IMG/VR virus record: IMGVR_UViG_3300009537_000011
Coordinates: 1-58,479 of that record
Length of the DNA: 58,479 nt
Strand: one strand, 5' to 3'
Source of the DNA: a virus
Taxonomy: Duplodnaviria; Caudoviricetes
Part shown: positions 46,960-54,831 of the stretch, piece by piece
Layout of the letters: the number at the start of each line of letters is the position of its first letter
How positions within the stretch are numbered: position 1 is the first letter of the stretch
Program-made: the position numbers and the translations under genes
The notes under the pieces: generated by a model
Databases searched by the model: none
What the model was told of the DNA's origin: nothing
Seen by the model: the letters and a program-made list of their open reading frames with translations, nothing else

Positions 46960-47144
46960 TCATCATCATTCTGTGGCGTGACCTCCCTCCGTCACTCCGT
47001 CTCAAAGAAGACGGAGAGAGGAATCGTCATCATCATTTTTTTTCGTGACGGCTCGGCGTCACGGCGTCTCAAGGCAGAACGAAAAACGTAAGGTCGTCAT
47101 CATTATTTTTTCTCAAGGACCAGGCCCGTCATGCCCCCTCAAGG
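46960..47144. repeat. Three degenerate tandem units (67-70 bp period): TCATCATYATT-N6-CGTGAC-N7-CGTCAY-N2-CSYCTCAA
   Basis: Units start at 46960, 47027 and 47097; spacing is identical in units 1-2, and unit 3 has lost the left CGTGAC; immediately upstream of the ParB-like gene. Confidence 0.8.
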
Positions 47145-47148
47145 AAGA

Positions 47149-47176
47149 TCCCACCCGCCAGAATTGGCGGGTGGGA
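47149..47176 (-). terminator. 12-bp-stem hairpin, probable terminator
   Basis: TCCCACCCGCCA-GAAT-TGGCGGGTGGGA; pyrimidine tail on the minus strand. Confidence 0.6.
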
Positions 47177-47188
47177 ACATGGGGCGTG

Positions 47189-47368
47189 CTACCCAGAACG
47201 TCCGGTGAGCATCGCGAGCAGCGCAGCGGGTACCAAAACCATCAGGATCGGCACAGCACTCGCGAACAGAACCACGGCGCCCGCCACCGCGACAATCCAT
47301 ATGCAGATCCGGATTGACAGAATGATGGCGCCGCGAAGCTCAGCAGCCGACTGGTTACTCCTCGTCAT
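47189..47368 (-). CDS. Small two-TM membrane protein
   Basis: About 40-aa hydrophobic stretch. Confidence 0.6.
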   Translation of the reverse strand: MTRSNQSAAELRGAIILSIRICIWIVAVAGAVVLFASAVPILMVLVPAALLAMLTGRSG

Positions 47369-47669
47369 CGGAACTCTCTGCTTTGTAGAGCGTGAAGTAC
47401 GGGCACGTACCACCGTCCGACGTAGGCCCATCGATCGTGATGTACCAGCCGTCGCCGCCTATGTCCCACGGCCCCTCGGTGGTCCAGATGAGATCCGCGT
47501 CGAATAGCGCCCTCACGACGTCGTGGTCGTTGTCCGCGTCGCGAATCGCCAGCGTGACGCTCAGGCGCATGGAGTCGTTGACGCATGGCACTCCGTCCAC
47601 CCACCAGATGTCGTAGTGATCTACGACGGTCCAATGGGTTGTCGGGTCGAGGCGGAACTCAGACTCCAT
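47355..47669 (-). CDS. Acidic hypothetical protein
   Basis: GGGAG RBS; tiles with its neighbours. Confidence 0.65.
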   Translation of the reverse strand: MESEFRLDPTTHWTVVDHYDIWWVDGVPCVNDSMRLSVTLAIRDADNDHDVVRALFDADLIWTTEGPWDIGGDGWYITIDGPTSDGGTCPYFTLYKAESSDDEE

Positions 47670-48012
47670 CGGAACGCTCCCGCAAGCTGGTGCTAGCGCC
47701 GTAGCCGAGGTCACCGCAGAACGACGGGTCGCTCACAACGGCGATGTATTTCGCTACCTCGTCCGGAAGGACCCAGCCCTTCACGGTGTCGTAGTAGGAG
47801 ATTTGTAGAAACACGCCACGCGGATCGAGGACGGCGATCTCGGCGTTCTCACAGGTCACACTCTGTCCGTGAAACGGACGCTCCGAGCGGTTCTCGCAGT
47901 AGTTGCCAGTACCGAACTGGACGCTCAGGGTGTAGCCGTTACCGAACGTGATATGGAACCCGGCGATGGTGCCCTCGCGCGCCAGGCCAACGCTAAATTT
48001 CGCCCTGGTCAT
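47659..48012 (-). CDS. Conserved phage hypothetical protein
   Basis: GF..TF.NG.T.SVQFG.GNYC, AE.A, V.GW..PDEV motifs. Confidence 0.75.
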   Translation of the reverse strand: MTRAKFSVGLAREGTIAGFHITFGNGYTLSVQFGTGNYCENRSERPFHGQSVTCENAEIAVLDPRGVFLQISYYDTVKGWVLPDEVAKYIAVVSDPSFCGDLGYGASTSLRERSDGV

Positions 48013-48260
48013 GTGGTCTCCTCTCTCGGTAGGTCGGACACGGGCCCCCTGTAGAGGGTCACCGAGTGACGCAGGTAGCTATGCGGGTGGTTCTCGGAGG
48101 AAATCTCCACCATGTCGACGCCCTCCTCTGTGGCCCACATGCGGACGGTCACAGCGCCGCCCCACGCCATCGTGCATGTCCGCAGGCCGGACGCCTTGCT
48201 TCCGATGCGCGACGCCTCGTTGGTCGCCTGTCCCGCGATGGTTCCGTAGAATCGTGCCAT
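48009..48260 (-). CDS. Conserved phage hypothetical protein
   Basis: MA.FYG...G......R.G.K.SG......W motif. Confidence 0.7.
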   Translation of the reverse strand: MARFYGTIAGQATNEASRIGSKASGLRTCTMAWGGAVTVRMWATEEGVDMVEISSENHPHSYLRHSVTLYRGPVSDLPREETT

Positions 48261-48590
48261 TTAATACAGGTCCTCGTAGTCGTCGGGGTCCGAGTCCTCT
48301 TCGGGCTCGTCCTCCCATGGGTTACCGTATGCAGCCCTCAGCTCTGTGCCGCAGTGCGCGCACAGGGCTGTCGGCCCCTCGAAGTAGATGTCAGCGCCGT
48401 CGATCCTCCACCCGTCGGCATCGCCGTCGAAGTGGATCTCGGGCTCCAGGTTCATGCAGCCCGCGCAGATCATCTCGCAGTCGTCCGCGTAATAGACGAT
48501 CAGGTAGCCACCCGGCCACGCGAACTCGGGCCACGAGCCCAACTCTTCACGCTGCCGTTTCAGGGTATCCAGAAATCGCGGTGCGCTCAT
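48261..48590 (-). CDS. Zn-finger hypothetical protein
   Basis: AWPGGY, C..C ... C.HC...L..AYG. Confidence 0.75.
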   Translation of the reverse strand: MSAPRFLDTLKRQREELGSWPEFAWPGGYLIVYYADDCEMICAGCMNLEPEIHFDGDADGWRIDGADIYFEGPTALCAHCGTELRAAYGNPWEDEPEEDSDPDDYEDLY

Positions 48591-49381
48591 GACGCCTCCT
48601 CCTTTCGCAGGTAGTCTCCATGTAGCTCCTTTGCGTGTTCGTAGCCGCTGTAGAAGTCGGCCAGGTCCTCCATCGCTTCACGGACCGAGCCGCTGTACTC
48701 TTCCTTGCACTGTCGGTAGAAGAGCAGCCAGCGGTGCATGTAGGCCCCGTCGATCAGGGGCTTGTCCTCGGTGACGTCCACGGCGTACTCCACGGCGCCA
48801 CGGAGATACTGCCCGGCGGCGAACTCCGACGCCCCGTAGAGCGCCGGACCCTCGGAGGTCATCTCGTAGGCGTTGTGGCTGACTTCCTTGTACAGCTCGA
48901 AGATGCCCCACTTGCCGACGGTGTCGAACAAAGCCTCACGCTCCTCGAACGTCGGCCCGCCGGGTTGTCGCATGACGTCTTCGTAGCCCCAGGATTCCCA
49001 GGACTCCGTAAACTGCTCGATCTCCAGATGGCTGTACAGCGCATCGTCGAGGATCGGGTAGTCGGAGAGTGAGCGCATCAGCTCGTGGATGGCAACGAAG
49101 ACGGCGGTGACTTCACCGTCGGCTCCGTAGGGCTTCACCCAGAGACCGGTCTCGCCGTCCCAGTCCCATTCTCCGTCGTCACTGGAGTCGAACGGGAGAA
49201 GGATCTCGGAGACGCTCTCTTCGTTGGCCCTGTCAATCAGCTCGTCACCGGTTCCGAAGTCGATCCTCGCCCACTCGTCGGGCGGGTCCGGTTCGTAGGG
49301 AGAGAAGAAGTAGCGGTTGCGAGCCCAGAGGCCCACCTCCTGTTTGGCGTATTCGTCTACGTTGTCAGGTACGTAGTCCAT
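48587..49381 (-). CDS. Acidic hypothetical protein (264 aa)
   Basis: AAGGAG RBS; L.DYP.LD...YS..E motif; very Asp/Glu-rich. Confidence 0.75.
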   Translation of the reverse strand: MDYVPDNVDEYAKQEVGLWARNRYFFSPYEPDPPDEWARIDFGTGDELIDRANEESVSEILLPFDSSDDGEWDWDGETGLWVKPYGADGEVTAVFVAIHELMRSLSDYPILDDALYSHLEIEQFTESWESWGYEDVMRQPGGPTFEEREALFDTVGKWGIFELYKEVSHNAYEMTSEGPALYGASEFAAGQYLRGAVEYAVDVTEDKPLIDGAYMHRWLLFYRQCKEEYSGSVREAMEDLADFYSGYEHAKELHGDYLRKEEAS

Positions 49382-49778
49382 GGTCACTCCTTTTGTGCCA
49401 ACGGCGAACGATACAAAGCACTTCGATAGCCTTCGCTGCCACGACTTCGTCATTTGTCGATGGCGATACACCGACCAGAATCGATTGATGCGGCAGTATG
49501 CGAATCAGTAGCTCGGCCGACTGGTCGTATTGGGATGCAGAGGGCCTTGCAGCTCTGGGGTACCGATACATGTAGAAGCCAGCCCCCGTCTTGTCGTGCT
49601 TCACCGTGCCGAGTGTGTAACGCTTGGTGAAGCCGGAAAAGCCGGGCCAGGATGACCGATAACTGGGGAGATACCGCGACAGGAACGTCTTCGGCGACTC
49701 AGTCGGCCGCACGTCCTTGTAGCAGTAAAGGTCCTCGTCCAGCCAGACTTCACGCGGATTGAGGATGCACATGTTCAC
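49365..49778 (-). CDS. Hypothetical protein
   Basis: GTGA coupling to the upstream gene. Confidence 0.5.
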   Translation of the reverse strand: MNMCILNPREVWLDEDLYCYKDVRPTESPKTFLSRYLPSYRSSWPGFSGFTKRYTLGTVKHDKTGAGFYMYRYPRAARPSASQYDQSAELLIRILPHQSILVGVSPSTNDEVVAAKAIEVLCIVRRWHKRSDHGLRT

Positions 49779-50017
49779 TCGTCTCCGTAGTCATCCTCGA
49801 ATGCCCGGATGATGTCGTTGTTGTAGTACTCCCTCAGGAGGCCCATGACGCCCGGAATGCTGAGGATGACCTCAACGCCGTCGGCGTGTGCCATCTCGAC
49901 GAGGTAGTCGTTGAAGACTTCGTCCGTCAGCTCCAACGGCTCGTCGTCATCGTAGGCCCCAGCGGCGCGCTCGATGTGCTCCAGGGTGCAGCCGGGTGGC
50001 AGGTTGTATCCGCTCAT
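49775..50017 (-). CDS. Acidic hypothetical protein
   Basis: AAGGAG RBS; YNLPPGC motif. Confidence 0.7.
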   Translation of the reverse strand: MSGYNLPPGCTLEHIERAAGAYDDDEPLELTDEVFNDYLVEMAHADGVEVILSIPGVMGLLREYYNNDIIRAFEDDYGDE

Positions 50018-50027
50018 GAGTTCTCCT

Positions 50028-50243
50028 TTACCATTTCAGGTGCTCTGGGATGAGCTGGTAGATGCGATCGCAGGCGTCCTCCAGCCGTTGCGCCCGCTGG
50101 ACGAATCCGAGGCGCCGTAGCCCAGAGGCATCGATCTTGATGACCGCATAGGCCAGTTGCCAGTGGTGTGGGGGGTCGTCAAACGATGCGCTGATGCGGC
50201 AGAGCGCCGCCTCATGCTCATCGTCCAGGTTGTGAACCGTCAC
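50028..50243 (-). CDS. Hypothetical protein (71 aa)
   Basis: GGAGG RBS. Confidence 0.65.
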   Translation of the reverse strand: MTVHNLDDEHEAALCRISASFDDPPHHWQLAYAVIKIDASGLRRLGFVQRAQRLEDACDRIYQLIPEHLKW

Positions 50244-50384
50244 TCGTCACCTCCCTCGCGCGAAGCTCTTCGAGCTTCCGGATCTCACGGACGGCTTGCT
50301 TGACTTCCATCCAGCAGCCGTGACGGCTGGCCGTGCCCTTCATGGCCCGCCAGTAGCAGAGCCTTTCCTCGGTGCCGAACATCG

Positions 50385-50981
50385 TCACGATGCGCCCTCC
50401 TCGTCTCCGGACGTCTCACGAAATGCCAGCTCATCCGGTTCGGGCTCTCCGCAGCGAACCTCCATCACGGGCGTGGCCTCGACGCCGACCTGCACGTATC
50501 GGCAGGTGGAGTCGGAGGGCTCGCTCGTGTGGACGATGAACTTGATATGGACTGGCACGGAACCTGGAACCAGGTGCCGGTTCTCGTCCATCCGTTGCAT
50601 GATCCAGCTGTGGGTGTTCCCAGATGTCACCTTTTTACGAATCGGCCGGTAGCCGAGGGTGCGAAGCTCCCGTGCGAATTCCCCGCACGCTCCGTACGGA
50701 TCGAACCAGAGCTTGCGCGTGGACTGCTCGAAGATGACGGCGATATAGGGGGGGCGAGCCCACTCCTCGACGCGCATCCGAACGCCGTCGTACTGGTAGT
50801 CGGCGTGAGAGCCGTACAGCAGACCGCGAAACGCCAGAAGGCCCTCCACGAGGCTCGCGTCGAACTCGGCAGCGTAGATGGATCGGAGCGTCTCTTCCAG
50901 GGACGAGAGCTTCACCCTCACGCATTTCGGGGTGTCGTCGGTGACGGTGATAGTGACAGTTTCGGTGATGTTGGTCGTCAT
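50385..50981 (-). CDS. Hypothetical protein (198 aa)
   Basis: GAGGAGG RBS; C-terminal CRYVQVG......EVRC. Confidence 0.75.
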   Translation of the reverse strand: MTTNITETVTITVTDDTPKCVRVKLSSLEETLRSIYAAEFDASLVEGLLAFRGLLYGSHADYQYDGVRMRVEEWARPPYIAVIFEQSTRKLWFDPYGACGEFARELRTLGYRPIRKKVTSGNTHSWIMQRMDENRHLVPGSVPVHIKFIVHTSEPSDSTCRYVQVGVEATPVMEVRCGEPEPDELAFRETSGDEEGAS

Positions 50982-50999
50982 GTGTCAGCCTCCTCGTGG

Positions 51000-51209
51000 C
51001 TAGCTGTTGAGTTCGATGCAGGTTTTGCAGGTGGCGGTTTCGGGATGGTGCGGATCAGCGATGGGCCAGCAAGAGGCGTCGAGATCCAGCAGTCGCTCCC
51101 CCGCTTTGCAGGAAGGGAAGCTCATACCGGCGTTCACGAAGAGCCTCAGGTCGCGGATGTGTACGGTTGACAGGCCGGACGGGTTGGCCCTCAGCCATGT
51201 CTCACTCAT
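51000..51209 (-). CDS. Small Zn-binding hypothetical protein
   Basis: H...C...TC..C motif; ATGAGTGA coupling. Confidence 0.65.
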   Translation of the reverse strand: MSETWLRANPSGLSTVHIRDLRLFVNAGMSFPSCKAGERLLDLDASCWPIADPHHPETATCKTCIELNS

Positions 51210-51492
51210 ACTTGGTGCTCACTGTCCCCATGAGTTCGATTTCCACATAGACGATTGCCTCGGCGTTGGCCCAGAACCTCGGGTCCGAGCAGTGCCCCTC
51301 GGAAAGCCTTTCCTTGATCCAGTCATGTGACTCCCTGGTTAGCTCCATGGTGAGCTGAATCGAGCTGGAATCATGCTGGACTCCGAGAAACGGAGGAGTC
51401 GGCTCCCCATCGACGGTAATCATCATGTCCACCGGCTCCGCAAACTGTGACGAATTGCTGCGGTAAATGACTTCAATCTCCCTCTGGTACAC
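51202..51492 (-). CDS. Hypothetical protein (96 aa)
   Basis: Tiles with its neighbours. Confidence 0.6.
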   Translation of the reverse strand: MYQREIEVIYRSNSSQFAEPVDMMITVDGEPTPPFLGVQHDSSSIQLTMELTRESHDWIKERLSEGHCSDPRFWANAEAIVYVEIELMGTVSTKYE

Positions 51493-51495
51493 CTC

Positions 51496-51651
51496 TCACC
51501 CCCTGAAACTGACAATGGTGGCTCCATGGTCCTCAGCCTTTTCCAGGTTCTTCTCGGTAGGTCTCGCACCTCTCGGGAAGTTGGCCGCGAAGATGTCAAC
51601 CTGGTACTGGCAGGCTCCCGATTTCAGCAGCATGTCTACTGTAACGATCAT
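51496..51651 (-). CDS. Small hypothetical protein
   Basis: T...L...GAC..QV..F...FP.G motif. Confidence 0.6.
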   Translation of the reverse strand: MIVTVDMLLKSGACQYQVDIFAANFPRGARPTEKNLEKAEDHGATIVSFRG

Positions 51652-51655
51652 CGTC

Positions 51656-51895
51656 TCAGTCGTCCTGGACGGTGAGCGCGGCCAGCGCGTCACGGGCGGC
51701 GATCCGGGCCAGTCGCCGGATTTCGCCAGGGTGGATGTAGGTGTTGCTCTGCGCCTCCGCCCACTTGATCAGCTGGACGAGACGAAGCCCGGACTCGGCA
51801 GCCGTCTGCGAGAGTCTCCGTAGCCGTATCGTCTGGCTGGATCGCTGGACGCCAGGGTAGGGAATGTGATGGGGAAGATTGGTGTCGTACGCCAT
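51656..51895 (-). CDS. Hypothetical protein, first gene of the long leftward operon
   Basis: GAGGAGG RBS. Confidence 0.7.
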   Translation of the reverse strand: MAYDTNLPHHIPYPGVQRSSQTIRLRRLSQTAAESGLRLVQLIKWAEAQSNTYIHPGEIRRLARIAARDALAALTVQDD

Positions 51896-51899
51896 GCTC

Positions 51900-52312
51900 G
51901 TCGCCTCCTCTTGTCGGTGACTTTTGCGGTGTGTTAGCTCAAATCAGCGGTCTGGTCATGAGTGTGGCTCGGGCGATCGGCCTCACAGCAGCCTTTCGTG
52001 CCTCACCAGGTGGGCCCCTTTCTGTATCGGTGTTCTTCCGTCTTTTGTGCTACGTAGCCACCGAACAGGTGGGGGTCGTTCCGCAAACTTGGCGCGTCAC
52101 GAGCTGTCAGGCTCACGACACGGCACCGCCTTCGCTTGCTAGCGGAGGCTACGCCGCACGATGTACCGGTGGGGATATCCGACCGGTAACAGTCAATCTT
52201 CAAGGAACACAACGTAGCGGTGCGGGATTCGAACCGAGCCACCGCCACGGGCGGAGAGCCGCTCACCCGGGTATACCGTACCGGGTGAGCGGGCCGCCTT
52301 CCCGACCCGTCA
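51900..52312 (-). ncRNA. Putative ~400-nt structured leader RNA with a T-loop hairpin and a boxA-like motif
   Basis: Lies between a promoter and the first RBS; several hairpins with G-U pairs on the minus strand; GTGGCGGTG-gctc-GGTTCGAATCC-cg-CACCGCTAC, then GTTCCTTGAAGATTGA. Confidence 0.6.
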
Positions 52313-52317
52313 CATGT

Positions 52318-52346
52318 AGCTTACCGGAAAGCGCACCGAGAGTCAA
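52318..52346 (-). promoter_or_regulatory. Sigma70-type promoter
   Basis: TTGACT-N17-TAAGCT. Confidence 0.75.
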
Positions 52347-52565
52347 GGGCAGAGCAAGCCGTGAGAGACTGATCCAAGGGTGTACAGAGGTGTACATTGA
52401 GTGTCCAGTGAGAAAAAGGAGGGTGGGGAGGAGGGTCCTCACTGGTTATAACCCCTGGATTGCCAGATAAATAGCGAAAAATACAAGGCAGGGAAAGGGC
52501 AGGTGACGAGTAGCAGGAACGGGTGAAAGCGTCAGAAGTTGGGCGAAAAGGGGGTAGGGGGGGGC

Positions 52566-52582
52566 GGCAAGTCTCGTGCCAG
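52566..52582 (-). promoter_or_regulatory. Sigma54 (-24/-12) promoter
   Basis: CTGGCACGAGACTTGCC against the consensus YTGGCACG-N4-TTGC. Confidence 0.75.
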
Positions 52583-52598
52583 CAACACTTAGGGCCCA

Positions 52599-52617
52599 GT
52601 GTACATAAAATGTACAC
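52599..52617. promoter_or_regulatory. Perfect palindromic operator-like site
   Basis: GTGTACAT-AAA-ATGTACAC; further GTGTAC at 52380, 52390, about 52633 and 55955. Confidence 0.55.
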
Positions 52618-52840
52618 CCCCCCTCCCTGGGGTGTACTGGAAGAGCCCACCAGCGATCTTACCAGACCAAAGAACCACCATGACACACGGGAGCGCACCC
52701 ATAACCGCACCCGTCATCATTATCTCCCCAGTTTTCTCACCTGTCACTGCGGCGCTGCCCGCGCCGCAGGCGCGGGCTTCCTGGGGGTGAGGGTTGTAGC
52801 GTGCAGACCTCGAGGTCTCACGCTGTATCCAGTTTCCTCC

Positions 52841-52911
52841 TCATCACCATTATTTTCATCATCATCCCGGGGGGCGTCCGCCTGCAACAGGCGGACGCTT
52901 AGGGCCGTGAC
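52841..52911. repeat. (CAT)n-hairpin-CGTGAC module B
   Basis: TCATCACCATTATTTTCATCATCATC-CCGG..-GCGTCCGCCTG-CAA-CAGGCGGACGC-N7-CGTGAC. Confidence 0.75.
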
Positions 52912-52925
52912 GGTCGCCTCGGCAC

Positions 52926-52959
52926 AAAAAAAAGGGACCGGGTCGTCAGACCCAGTCCC
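52926..52959 (-). terminator. Intrinsic terminator
   Basis: Minus strand GGGACTGGGTC-TGAC-GACCCGGTCCC followed by T8. Confidence 0.85.
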
Positions 52960-53008
52960 AGAAGCCTTCAGACCAGTAGAGTGTGAACTCCGGCCTGAGC
53001 GGTGACTC

Positions 53009-53389
53009 TCAATCGAAGTCGGGGGCCTCCCACTCCTGCGCCTCCTCGATGAGCGCGCCCAGGGCCACCGCCTCGTCCTCGTTCAGCTCCCGCACCGTTT
53101 CGTACGCCTCCGGATCCGTGTGGACGTAGAGCGCGGTCCGGACCGAAGCCTGCGACGGCAGCTTGTGAGGACGGAACCCCGACGGCTCGGAGTCGAAGAG
53201 GATCATCGCGACCGCGACCGCCGTGTCCAGCGCCTCCTCGCCGTTCTCGCACGCGCGCCCCACGTTGACGAACAACTCCTTCAGCGTGAGCCGGAACCGC
53301 TCGCCCAGGATTGCCACGATCCGCCCCGACCCCCCGCGCATCCCGATCATCGCCTTGACCTGCTCTTCGATGCTCTTGACCTTGGCCAT
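53009..53389 (-). CDS. Hypothetical protein (126 aa), monocistronic cassette
   Basis: Own promoter, GAGGAGG RBS, strong codon bias, own terminator. Confidence 0.8.
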   Translation of the reverse strand: MAKVKSIEEQVKAMIGMRGGSGRIVAILGERFRLTLKELFVNVGRACENGEEALDTAVAVAMILFDSEPSGFRPHKLPSQASVRTALYVHTDPEAYETVRELNEDEAVALGALIEEAQEWEAPDFD

Positions 53390-53433
53390 GCTGGCCTCCT
53401 CTCGTTGGTGCCGGGGTAACTCCCGACTCCTGA

Positions 53434-53462
53434 AGACTATCAGCTTGCGCACCACTTGTCAA
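53434..53462 (-). promoter_or_regulatory. Strong sigma70-type promoter
   Basis: TTGACA-N17-TAGTCT. Confidence 0.8.
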
Positions 53463-53517
53463 CCCCCAGTTTCACCTCGAGCGCCCCGCGCGCACCGGGT
53501 GCTCGGGCTCGGGACCT

Positions 53518-53676
53518 CGTCATCATTCTCGGGCCATCATCATCATTCCGGCGCGGACCGCCTCGCTTCGCTCGGCGGGCCATGCTGCCATGACAGGTCG
53601 TCATCACCATTCTCTACCAGTCATCATCATTCCGGCGCGGGCTCGGCAGTCCCTGCCGAGCCCCTACGGGCGTGAC
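53518..53676. repeat. Two tandem (CAT)n-CCGGCGCGG-hairpin-CRTGAC modules (C1, C2), about 80-bp period
   Basis: TCGTCATCA..TTCTC...CATCATCATTCCGGCGCGG occurs twice; triloops TTC and TCC. Confidence 0.85.
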
Positions 53677-53718
53677 ACTCACAACATAAAGGTTTCTGAA
53701 ATTTATTCATTCACTCGC

Positions 53719-53751
53719 AAAAAACCCGCCGGTGAATAATTCACCGACGGG
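53719..53751 (-). terminator. Intrinsic terminator
   Basis: Minus strand CCCGTCGGTGAA-TTA-TTCACCGGCGGG followed by T6. Confidence 0.8.
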
Positions 53752-53776
53752 CGCCGAGACCACCTGAGTGAATACT

Positions 53777-53989
53777 TCAGGCTGAATACTTTCGTATCAG
53801 TTTTTTCAGTAACCCCGCCAGGTCGGGCGGCAGTGAATCGTTCACTCGCTGACCCCCTATCTCGGCCAGTGCCGCGGTCGCGAGAATTTCATTTACCACG
53901 CCGTCACGCGTGAGGCTGGGGCGCTCGGTCATTCGAATGGAAATCCATTCGTCCACAACCGGAAGAAGATCGATTCGTCTTGTCGCCAT
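53777..53989 (-). CDS. Small RHH-like regulator
   Basis: TRRIDL beta strand plus two helices (..SLTRDGVVNEIL); GGGAG RBS. Confidence 0.55.
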   Translation of the reverse strand: MATRRIDLLPVVDEWISIRMTERPSLTRDGVVNEILATAALAEIGGQRVNDSLPPDLAGLLKKLIRKYSA

Positions 53990-53990
53990 G

Positions 53991-54257
53991 TCAAACTCCC
54001 TGCTCGTTCCGAATGATTCGAAAGGCTTCCTTGGTTACCACCAGCGGCATGAACGATCCACGAATGCGACCGATGCGTACGCGCGCATCGGGCACCAGGA
54101 CGTTGGCGACCGCCTTGAAAGCCTCTGCGTCATCGTAGGTTGCGAAGAACGAAACGACTCCACTCACCAGCGCCCACGCGCTGAAGTTCTTGTGAAAGTT
54201 TTCACCCGAGATCGCCACTGCGGGCGCCCATGTGTTCGCGTTGAATAATTTGGCCAT
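53991..54257 (-). CDS. Hypothetical protein (88 aa)
   Basis: GAGGAGG RBS; TGATG coupling. Confidence 0.65.
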   Translation of the reverse strand: MAKLFNANTWAPAVAISGENFHKNFSAWALVSGVVSFFATYDDAEAFKAVANVLVPDARVRIGRIRGSFMPLVVTKEAFRIIRNEQGV

Positions 54258-54601
54258 CAGTTTGCCTCCTCTTGTTTCGAAACGTTTTCGAACGATCCGT
54301 CTTCCAGCTTGACGCCCCACGTCGAAACGCGGCCGCTGAGGTCATGCATGTAATGGCGAACAATCCAGCCGTTGAGGGCTGAATTATTCAACGCTTCCTC
54401 GATCGCGCTCTCAGGAGAGAGCCATCGTTCCGTTGCCTCGAATTCGGAGAATCCCTGCATCGCGCTGTAGTCTTCGCGAACGACTAAATACATTCCGGTC
54501 GCAACGTGGTAGCCGCTGGCGGTGGTGAATTCTTCGTGGGGCAGGTAGTAAACTGCTACGCCCCACGCCGTGGTCAGAATCGTCTGAATAAATTTTCCCA
54601 T
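54257..54601 (-). CDS. Hypothetical protein (114 aa)
   Basis: AAGGGG RBS downstream of a promoter. Confidence 0.65.
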   Translation of the reverse strand: MGKFIQTILTTAWGVAVYYLPHEEFTTASGYHVATGMYLVVREDYSAMQGFSEFEATERWLSPESAIEEALNNSALNGWIVRHYMHDLSGRVSTWGVKLEDGSFENVSKQEEAN

Positions 54602-54652
54602 GCTTTCCCCTTTCGAAATGGTTTCCGTTCGGCGGTCTCTTGGCATACCCTA

Positions 54653-54682
54653 AGACTACCACATATCCCCCCCGCTTGTCAA
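54653..54682 (-). promoter_or_regulatory. Strong sigma70-type promoter
   Basis: TTGACA-N18-TAGTCT; same boxes as the 53434-53462 promoter. Confidence 0.75.
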
Positions 54683-54796
54683 GCTCTAAGTCCTTTGTTT
54701 GCTATGACTTACGAGAGGCTCCCAGCAGGTCAACCCACTTGCGCACCCGCGCGCCCGTTCAGAAAGGGTTTCTGCTTCAGAAAGGTTTTTCATCAT

Positions 54797-54831
54797 TATT
54801 CACCCGAAAGTATTCACTCGAAATTATTCAC
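54797..54831. repeat. 14-bp tandem repeat TATTCACYCGAAAK x2.5
   Basis: TATTCACCCGAAAG TATTCACTCGAAAT TATTCAC. Confidence 0.7.

Noticed and set aside
51990-52010. Hammerhead ribozyme (minus strand CTGGTGAGGCACGAAA)
   Set aside because: The core would be CUGGUGA rather than CUGANGA, there is no stem II, and I could not build stems I and III.
52214-52248. tRNA gene (GGTTCGAATCC)
   Set aside because: Only a T-loop on a single stem; no D arm, anticodon arm or cloverleaf.
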